A DNA stretch of 32,000 bases from Cylindrospermopsis raciborskii Cr2010 (lineage in GTDB: Bacteria; Cyanobacteriota; Cyanobacteriia; Cyanobacteriales; Nostocaceae), in assembly GCF_003367075.2 (NCBI RefSeq), contig NZ_CP065936.1, positions 660,001-692,000 on the forward strand, in the 5' to 3' direction. This document shows positions 25,550 through 32,000 of this stretch, in pieces. Each line of letters opens with the position of its first letter. Within the stretch, counting starts at the first letter, position 1. A program made the translations under genes and the position numbers. The notes under the pieces are model-generated. The model searched no databases, was not told where the DNA came from, and saw nothing but the letters and a program-made list of their open reading frames with translations.

Positions 25550-25670
25550 ATAGATTTGTTGGGTAATAATCCAGAATATTCCTGAAAGGCTTTTCCGACA
25601 AGGATTTCGGGAATTATACCGTGAAATCCCTCAAAGATGGACTCCATAAGGATTTCTGGTATTTTAATCA

Positions 25671-26585
25671 CTATTTCCCAACAGGTCTAATGTAAACTTC
25701 CACAACTCTTGCATCAATATTTTCACTAGGATCAGAATTAATCACGTTTTGTCTTTTCACTTCCCAGCCAATTCTCTCTACTGATCCCTGCAATTCTCCC
25801 TCAAGAGAACTACTAGATATTTTCACCTGCTGCTGAGGAAGGATTTTACTAATGTCACTCTGGTAGACTTCCGCTACTGCGTACATCTGACTAGTTTCGC
25901 CAATTTCTACTATCCCCTCATTCCCCACTAGCTCTCCAGCGCGGGTATGGATCTCAAATACTACTCCCTTTTGAGGAGATTTAATATAGGCTTGATCCAA
26001 ATTGACCTTTGCTTGCTGTGCTGCTGCTTTGGCACGATTTAGTTCCGCCCTCGCTGCTGCTATATCTATAGGACGTACTTCCGCAATTTTATTCAAAATA
26101 GCTTTGGCTGAGATAATTTGCTCCCCACCTGTAGAACGGATTCGATTTAGAGCAGTTTTTGCCTCTTCAATTTGCTTTCTGCTAGTATTATCTATTGCTT
26201 CTGCTTCTTCGTATGCTGCTTGTAATCGAGGTTTGTTGTCTAAAATTGCTATTATTTGTCCAACCTTTACCATATCTCCCTCTTTTACCAACAGTCTCTC
26301 AACCCTACTTCCCTGAGTTAAGGTGGATGCAGAAAGTTTAATCACTTTTCCTCTCGGTTCAAGTCTTCCTAAAGCAGTGACAGTATGAATTGGTGGTATG
26401 GTACTTTCACTCGTTGGTGTTTGATTAGCTTTAGAATGTTGGGTTAGCAAAATCTTGTACAGCTGCAACCCACCAACTCCCATAATTATGGCAGTTCCTA
26501 GGATAACTAATGATCTTAGCACTTGTGGATTTGGCTTAGACTCTAGATCACCTACCATAGCTTTTACCTCGAATTTACTTGCCAC
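25671..26585 (-). CDS. DevB-family (HlyD-type) ABC exporter membrane fusion protein, probably 3'-truncated and orphaned
   Basis: VTALGRLEPRGKVIKLSAS...RVERLLVKEGDMVKVGQIIAILDN is the DevB N-terminal signature. The ORF ends ...DARVVEVYIRPVGK, shortly after the conserved ARVVEV block. No devC or devA follows. The track ORF has a GTG start, and ATG codon 10 is an alternative. Confidence 0.7.
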   Translation of the reverse strand: MASKFEVKAMVGDLESKPNPQVLRSLVILGTAIIMGVGGLQLYKILLTQHSKANQTPTSESTIPPIHTVTALGRLEPRGKVIKLSASTLTQGSRVERLLVKEGDMVKVGQIIAILDNKPRLQAAYEEAEAIDNTSRKQIEEAKTALNRIRSTGGEQIISAKAILNKIAEVRPIDIAAARAELNRAKAAAQQAKVNLDQAYIKSPQKGVVFEIHTRAGELVGNEGIVEIGETSQMYAVAEVYQSDISKILPQQQVKISSSSLEGELQGSVERIGWEVKRQNVINSDPSENIDARVVEVYIRPVGK

Positions 26586-26657
26586 CCATTCCCAAAATTG
26601 AAGATTTTTCTTTCAACTCGTTATCATATTAATATCTTTTGGCTTACTTTTAAGACT

Positions 26658-27899
26658 ATGAATCAAACACTTACAGAAATATCTACACAAGTACATATAC
26701 AAACACCTAAAACAATCTGCATCCTAGGTGGCGGTTTTGGCGGACTTTACACCGCTTTACGTTTAAGCCAGCTAGATTGGGGAAATACAGAAAAGCCAGA
26801 AATTGTTTTAGTAGATCAAGGCGATCGCTTTATTTTTTCACCCCTATTGTATGAACTACTGACCAATGAACTGCAAACTTGGGAGATAGCACCCTCATAT
26901 CAGGAGATATTAGAAAATACCGGAGTACATTTCCATCAAGCCAAGGTTAGTGAAATTGACACAGATAATCAACAGGTAAAATTATGTGATGGAAAAATAT
27001 TCCCATACCACAGGTTAGTTTTGGCATTGGGGAGTGAAACCAATTTGGATCTGGTTCCTGGTGCTGTTAAGCATGCCTACCCATTTCGTACTATTTATGA
27101 TGTGCATCGGTTGGAAGAAAGACTGAGAATTTTGACAGCTACCGACCCGGAAAAAATTCGTATAGCCATAGTGGGTGCAGGTTACAGCGGAGTAGAATTG
27201 GCTTGTAAACTAGCAGATAGACTGGGAGAGAAAGGTAGATTGCGGTTAATAGAAACCGGAGATGAAATTCTGCGCACTTCTTCAGAGTTTAATCGCCAAC
27301 AGGCTAAAAAAGCATTAGAACAGAAAAGTGTGTTTATAGACTTAGAGACCAAAGTGGTATCTATAGGGGAAAATACGATATCCTTAGAGTATAAAAATCA
27401 AATAGATGAAATTCCCGTGGATTTAGTCATTTGGACCGTAGGAACGAGAATTTCGTCTTTGGTGCAAAATCTTCCCCTAGCACATAACCAAAGGGGACAA
27501 ATAACCTGCACTCCCACCCTACAAGTTATAGAGCATCCAGAAATTTTTGCCCTGGGAGACTTGGCAGACTGTAAGGACATAGAAGAACAACAACTACCCG
27601 GTACTGCTCAGGTAGCTTTTCAGCAAGCAGATTATGCAGCATGGAATATTTGGGCATCTTTAACCGATCGCCCCCTACTTCCTTTCCGCTATCAAGCACT
27701 AGGGGAAGTTATGGCTTTGGGGGTAGACAATGCTACTCTTACAGCTTTAGGGATTACATTAGATGGTTATTTAGGTTATCTTGTGCGGCGCTTAGTCTAT
27801 TTGTATAGATTACCGACTTTAGAACATCAGTTAAAGGTGGGTTTTAGTTGGTTACTGACTCCAATTATTAAAACGCTTTCCCAGGAGTCCAGGGAATGA
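26658..27899 (+). CDS. ndbB: Type II NAD(P)H dehydrogenase (NDH-2), NdbB/NDC1-like
   Basis: The two dinucleotide-binding motifs are ICILGGGFGGLYTAL and IAIVGAGYSGVELA. FSPLLYELLTNELQTWEIAP resembles the NDC1/NdbB block. The start is set at ATG 26658; the track ORF begins at TTG 26598. Confidence 0.75.
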   Translation: MNQTLTEISTQVHIQTPKTICILGGGFGGLYTALRLSQLDWGNTEKPEIVLVDQGDRFIFSPLLYELLTNELQTWEIAPSYQEILENTGVHFHQAKVSEIDTDNQQVKLCDGKIFPYHRLVLALGSETNLDLVPGAVKHAYPFRTIYDVHRLEERLRILTATDPEKIRIAIVGAGYSGVELACKLADRLGEKGRLRLIETGDEILRTSSEFNRQQAKKALEQKSVFIDLETKVVSIGENTISLEYKNQIDEIPVDLVIWTVGTRISSLVQNLPLAHNQRGQITCTPTLQVIEHPEIFALGDLADCKDIEEQQLPGTAQVAFQQADYAAWNIWASLTDRPLLPFRYQALGEVMALGVDNATLTALGITLDGYLGYLVRRLVYLYRLPTLEHQLKVGFSWLLTPIIKTLSQESRE

Positions 27900-27951
27900 A
27901 TTCCCTAGCGGAAAGTTTAAGTTGGTTTTAAAACAACTAGTTTAGCCATGG

Positions 27952-27976
27952 GTTGGGTTTAGTTCCTCAACCCAAG
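27952..27976. repeat. Short dispersed hairpin repeat (TTGGGTT-N9-AACCCAA variant)
   Basis: A 7-bp stem, 3' of the NDH-2 gene, from the same family as 6343 and 8227. Confidence 0.5.
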
Positions 27977-28043
27977 AGGGATTTTTCAATGATTTCGAAT
28001 GCTAGTTCATCCCGCAAATATGCAACGCCAAAAGGAGTAATCT

Positions 28044-29297
28044 ATGGCTCAAATAAAAGTTCAAAACTTCGGACCTATTAAATCAGGACTTGTGGAAAAT
28101 GATGGCTTGGTGGATATTCGTAAAATTACTGTTTTTATTGGTAATCAAGGGACAGGAAAAAGTAGTATTGCAAAATTGATTTCCATGTTTAGTTGGCTGG
28201 AAAAACAATTATACCGAGGTAGTTTAGACGAGAAAGATGTAATATCTCGCAACCGACTTGTGAATATATATTGTAACTATAACAACTTAAAGAAATACTT
28301 TAGATCTGGAACTGAAATAGAATATCGCGGTAGTGCTTATACAATGACTTATGCTGATAGTAAATTAACTATTAATCGCAGTGATAATACTCCTAGGAAA
28401 TATGTGTTACCTAAAATTATGTATATTCCAGCGGAGAGGAATTTTTTCAGTGTAATCAAGAAAGCGGAAAAAGTAAAAGGTTTACCTCTCATGCTGCTTG
28501 ACTTTTTCAAAGAATTGGAAAGGTCTCAACAGGAGTTATCAGAAACTTTAGACTTGCCAGTAGGAAATGTGAAGCTGGAGTTTGATCAAACTAGTCAAAA
28601 TTTAATTCTTAGAGGCGATAACTATAAATTGAATATTTCTGAGGCTTCTAGTGGTTTTCAATCCTTGGTTCCAGCGTTTTTAGTCTCTAGGAATATCGCC
28701 TTGTCTATTAATCAAAATCAAGGTTCTTCTCAAAGCGAACTAAGTGCAGAAGAACAAAAAAGACTCACTACTGAAATACAAGCAATTATCAATGATGAAA
28801 ATTTGTCTAAAGAAGTTAAAAAAGCTGCTTTAGAGTTATTATCTTCCAAGTATAGAAATGAATGTTTTCTTAATATTGTGGAAGAACTTGAACAAAATTT
28901 ATTTCCTACATCACAAAGAGATATATTGTATAAGTTATTGGAATTCGTCAATATTACAGCTGGTAACACACTAATTATGACCACTCATAGTCCTTACATT
29001 ATTGACTATCTTACCTTAGCAATTAAAGCACAGCAAATTTTACAAACTTTTGATAATTTACCGAAGGGAGAGTTTTTAAAAACTAAACTCAAAAATATTG
29101 TTCCTTTGAATTCTTCCATATTTCCAGAAGATTCAATTGTATATGAGCTAACAGATAGTGGAGAAATTAGAAAACTTTCTACCTATGAAGGACTACCTTC
29201 CGATGAAAATTATTTGAATAGTTGTTTAGCAGAAACCAATCGATTTTTCAGTGATTTATTAGAAATTGAGGAAGAAATACTATCATCAGTAGTGTAG
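28044..29297 (+). CDS. ABC/SMC-like (AAA_15/AAA_21-type) ATPase, orphan; the motif set is common in abortive-infection and defence ATPases
   Basis: 417 aa. The N-terminus is IKVQNFGPIK. Walker A is GNQGTGKSS, a Q-loop-like motif is IPAERN, the signature-like motif is SEASSGFQSL, Walker B is FLNIVEELEQNLFP, and the H-loop is LIMTTHSPYIIDYL. The gene is visibly AT-rich and I saw no HIP1 site in it. Confidence 0.65.
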   Translation: MAQIKVQNFGPIKSGLVENDGLVDIRKITVFIGNQGTGKSSIAKLISMFSWLEKQLYRGSLDEKDVISRNRLVNIYCNYNNLKKYFRSGTEIEYRGSAYTMTYADSKLTINRSDNTPRKYVLPKIMYIPAERNFFSVIKKAEKVKGLPLMLLDFFKELERSQQELSETLDLPVGNVKLEFDQTSQNLILRGDNYKLNISEASSGFQSLVPAFLVSRNIALSINQNQGSSQSELSAEEQKRLTTEIQAIINDENLSKEVKKAALELLSSKYRNECFLNIVEELEQNLFPTSQRDILYKLLEFVNITAGNTLIMTTHSPYIIDYLTLAIKAQQILQTFDNLPKGEFLKTKLKNIVPLNSSIFPEDSIVYELTDSGEIRKLSTYEGLPSDENYLNSCLAETNRFFSDLLEIEEEILSSVV

Positions 29298-29561
29298 AGA
29301 ATTGTGATCGGGGTTAGGTAGTAAATGTACCCTTCCTCAACCTGACCTAGGACGAATCAGTTGGGTAAAATTAGTCGGCTCTTGCGTAGATTTTATGGAT
29401 AGAAAGTAAATTAACAGAAATTAATAGTTGACAATTTTTAGAATCGAGGGCTGAAATACAATAGACACAAAAGTTTACAGATTTTTATGTATGTCTAAAT
29501 ACCGGAAGTGATATAATTATATAATTAGAGATGTACAAATCAAGAATTGACGGAGGTAGTT

Positions 29562-30292
29562 ATGAAATTTCCTATAGAGCAAATCCTCAATCTACCAGAA
29601 ATGAAAATATTAGATTGCCAAGAAATAGAAGGCGCAGGAATAATCATTACAATTGAGAAAGCAGTCAACCACTGTACCTGCCCTAATTGTGGACATATTA
29701 CCCATAGTATACACCAAAACCACTGGCGAATGATACATGATTTACCGTGGAGTGAAAAGCCAGTGTTTTTAAAAATAAATCGTCGTCAATTTAAGTGTCA
29801 TAAGTGTAAAAAAGTGTTTAGTGAAAAACTAGACTTTGTGGACAAAAGTAAAGGATATACAAAAAGATTAGCTACTAACATAGTGGAACAAGTATTGAAT
29901 AGTAACATTTATAGTGTCGCCAAAAGAAACGACCTCAGTGATGAAGAAGTAGAATCAATCTTAAAAAGGCAAGTAGCACAAATACAGAAGATAAATTTAA
30001 GAGGAGTGAAAAGGTTAGGGATAGATGAAATAGCCTTGGTCAAAGGACAAGGAAACTATTTAGCAGTATTGGTAGATTTAGATACTCGAAAACCTATCGA
30101 AATAGTGAAAACAAGAAGGATAGAAGATATACGTGAAGTCCTTACAGGGTGGGGATTAGAGGCACTGGAGCAAATACAAGAAGTGAGTATTGATATGTGG
30201 TCTCCTTACAAAAGTTTGGTAGAAGAATTAATGCCCAATGCTAATATAACAGCAGATAGATTTCATGTAATGAAACAGGTAAATGATGAATT
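29562..30292 (+). pseudogene. ISL3-family transposase, N-terminal part (interrupted)
   Basis: It has the zinc-finger-like CPNCGH...CHKC and HTH region typical of ISL3 transposases. GGAGG precedes the ATG at 29562. The frame is broken after ...FHVMKQVNDEL by the nested IS. Confidence 0.85.
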
Positions 30293-31433
30293 AGACATCT
30301 CCGGAAATAGCCAAAGCGTTACCAATACTACTTTTTAAGGTGAGACACCCCAATACAAAAGTAGCTAGCTGGTATGTTAAAATAAGCGTTAGAGATGCCT
30401 CTTGTTGGGAATTAACCAAAAGATAACACCTATCTGAGATAATTTATTTTTAGCCAAGTCCAAATCTTGATAACTAAAATAAGTAGGTTCCCATTCGGAA
30501 ACGAACAAGTCCACAAATAGTCATGATTACCTGTTCATACTTACTTGAATTTAATCGAAATCTTTCTTGTGCCACTCTGAATATTTTCACTACACGAATT
30601 AAATGTTCAACAAAAATTCGTTCGGAAGCTAACTCTTTATTTTTTTCTTTTTGTTCAGACGTTAATTCTTGGTTTTTAGGTTTTTTTGTCGGAGTTTTCA
30701 TTAACTCCTCTCCTTGATAAGCTTTATCACCACTAAATTTTTGTTTTTTATCAAATATATTTCTGGTTTCACGGAATAAATTTACATCACTTTTTGGACC
30801 AGGTTTACCCGCTACTACATCAACAATATCTTTACCATTTGGTAAAACGATTAGTTGACTTTTTCTAGTATGACAGGCTTTTTTACCTGAATAATATTTT
30901 TTTTGTTCTTGGTACTCTCCAGGTCTGTCTATAGGCTGTTCATAGCTATCCACTATTAACTCAAATTCTGTTAATATTTCTTTAACGACTTCGTAATCAC
31001 TGGAGTTTTTTTTTACCTGTTCTAGCAAACTTGGTGGCAATAATTCTCCTATTATTGGCAACCAATAGTTAAAGATATCATTTGCAGTTGTTTCACTTAC
31101 TCCAAATTGAATACCTAGTAGCTGAAATGTTGTTAACTGCCGTAAATATGTTAATGTTAAGATTATTTGCTCCGACGGTGATAATTTGGGTTTGCGCCCT
31201 CCACCGCCTTGAATAATTCGGGTTTTTTTTGATTCAACCAATTGTTGTTTCTGATGATGCAGTTTTATGGCTTTTTCCAAAAGTTGCTGTAACTGCTCAT
31301 ACTTCAGACCCAATAAACGGTGTGATTCGTGAGGATTATTCTGGATATATTCAGATATGTTGCTCATAATAAGTTGCCAAAAATACCATTTCATATTATT
31401 TTATCACACTTTGATTCTTTTTCGGAGATGTCT
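30293..31433 (-). mobile_element. 1141-bp IS5-superfamily (DDE_Tnp_4/Harbinger-like) insertion sequence nested in the ISL3 transposase gene
   Basis: The terminal IRs are AGACATCTCCGGAAA and AGACATCTCCGAAAA. ATT flanks both ends (30290..30292 and 31434..31436). Removing the IS plus one ATT restores an uninterrupted 406-codon ISL3 transposase ORF (...VNDELDNMRKTEKK...). Confidence 0.9.
30474..31394 (-). CDS. IS5-superfamily DDE transposase (HTH_Tnp_4 plus DDE_Tnp_4-like)
   Basis: It has an N-terminal HTH region (LTYLRQLTTFQLLGIQFGVSETTANDIF), DDE-region blocks LIVDSYEQPIDRP, GKPGPKSDVNLF and SGDKAYQG, and a C-terminal ERIFVEHLIRVVKIFR. The start may be ATG 31367 (MSNISEY...). Confidence 0.85.
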   Translation of the reverse strand: MKWYFWQLIMSNISEYIQNNPHESHRLLGLKYEQLQQLLEKAIKLHHQKQQLVESKKTRIIQGGGGRKPKLSPSEQIILTLTYLRQLTTFQLLGIQFGVSETTANDIFNYWLPIIGELLPPSLLEQVKKNSSDYEVVKEILTEFELIVDSYEQPIDRPGEYQEQKKYYSGKKACHTRKSQLIVLPNGKDIVDVVAGKPGPKSDVNLFRETRNIFDKKQKFSGDKAYQGEELMKTPTKKPKNQELTSEQKEKNKELASERIFVEHLIRVVKIFRVAQERFRLNSSKYEQVIMTICGLVRFRMGTYLF

Positions 31434-31436
31434 ATT

Positions 31437-31926
31437 AGATAATATGCGTAAAACAGAGAAGAAAGCAGCAACATCTTTACCAAATGAATCAGGAAAAAAG
31501 AGAATATTAGCTGGATTAAATAAAAGTAAATATAGCCTAATTAAAAATGAAGACTCACTCAACGAAGAGCTAAAAGAACGTTTAAAATCAGTCCAGTCAG
31601 TTTCTCCCACTCTAGCCAAGATGCACTCCTTAAAAGAAAAATTCAGAGAAATCTTTGAACTCTCCACAAATTGGGGAGACAGCATCATTGATTTATTAGA
31701 TTGGATGCACGATGCCAAGTCTTTTTTCCCAAAAACTATTGGGACTATGATTAGATGGTTTGGAGAAATAGTCGGTTATTTTGATGGCAGAACTACGAGT
31801 GGTACTGTGGAAGGTATTAATAATAAACTCAAGTTGATTAAACGACTGGGATATGGATTTCGTAACTTCAACAATTTTCGTTTACGCAGTTTATTACACT
31901 GGCACTTTTCTATTAATTCTCCATAA
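31437..31926 (+). pseudogene. ISL3-family transposase, C-terminal part (interrupted)
   Basis: ...DNMRKTEKK...GRTTSGTVEGINNKLKLIKRLGYGFRNFNNFRLR is the conserved ISL3 C-terminal block (EG.NNK.K.IKR..YGFRNF.NF). The first 27 codons of track ORF 31357..31926 are IS-derived and not genuine. Confidence 0.85.
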
Positions 31927-32000
31927 AACAGGCGCAAGAACCAATTAGTCTAAAGTCCAAGTCTTTACCCATGTATCAAATTCAAACTATTCTTTCTATT

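Larger units (their letters stand above)
29377..31942 (+). mobile_element. ISL3-family insertion sequence (about 1422 bp without its passenger) carrying a nested IS
   Basis: The imperfect terminal IRs are GGCTCTTGCGTAGATTTTATGGA (left) and GGTTCTTGCGCCTGTTTTATGGA (right, reverse complement). Perfect 8-bp target duplications AATTAGTC lie at 29369..29376 and 31943..31950. Confidence 0.9.

Noticed and set aside
26002-26316. Ala-rich 104-aa ORF on the plus strand
   Set aside because: It is the antisense shadow of the coiled-coil (Ala/Glu/Lys-rich) region of the DevB-family gene. There is no independent support.
26598-26657. TTG-initiated 20-codon N-terminal extension of the NDH-2 ORF; likewise 1794..1865 for the small secreted protein
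   Set aside because: The internal ATGs give the canonical N-termini (a Rossmann GGGFGG close to the start; a signal peptide). The extensions have no support.
31357-31436. N-terminal 27 codons of track ORF 31357..31926 (MLLIISCQKYHFILFYHTLILFRRCLL)
   Set aside because: They are encoded by the terminal part of the nested IS and its duplicated ATT. The genuine ISL3 transposase sequence resumes at 31437.

Overview
The window looks like a cyanobacterial chromosome, probably from a filamentous Nostocales-type organism. Evidence: about 20 HIP1 octamers (GCGATCGC) counted by eye, psbA, a DevB-family membrane-fusion protein, an NdbB-like NDH-2, and GTTGGGTT/AACCCAAC hairpin repeats. Ordinary genes are a partial Gfo/Idh/MocA oxidoreductase, a GT1 glycosyltransferase, an alpha/beta hydrolase, an ABC-2 exporter pair, ygfZ, a 1-Cys peroxiredoxin, a cysteine-synthase-family enzyme, a SAM methyltransferase and NDH-2. 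Four parts are unusual. (1) The phosphonate locus is fragmented. phnF, phnH, a GNAT, phnM and a 45-codon internal phnK fragment carrying a 15-bp tandem duplication sit at 4.4-7.9 kb, and no phnG/I/J/L is present. An intact phnCDE transporter lies at 12.2-15.1 kb. The two parts are separated by a P-loop/PD-(D/E)XK ATPase plus psbA segment that has 28-bp direct repeats at both edges. (2) A cassette of about 3 kb (22.3-25.3 kb) is bracketed by 242-bp direct repeats that are about 93% identical. It carries a second P-loop/PD-(D/E)XK ATPase, a Panacea (DUF4065) antitoxin gene overlapping an uncharacterised toxin candidate, and a 141-bp solo IS end. Each direct repeat contains a conserved hairpin leader and the start of a small ORF. 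(3) An AT-rich orphan ABC/SMC-like ATPase (28.0-29.3 kb) has the motif set common in abortive-infection and defence ATPases. (4) Just downstream is a nested insertion: an ISL3-family element with 8-bp target duplications, split by a 1141-bp IS5-superfamily element. The PanA/toxin plus ATPase cassette is the best candidate for an undescribed system. All family assignments come from reading motifs by eye; no searches were run.
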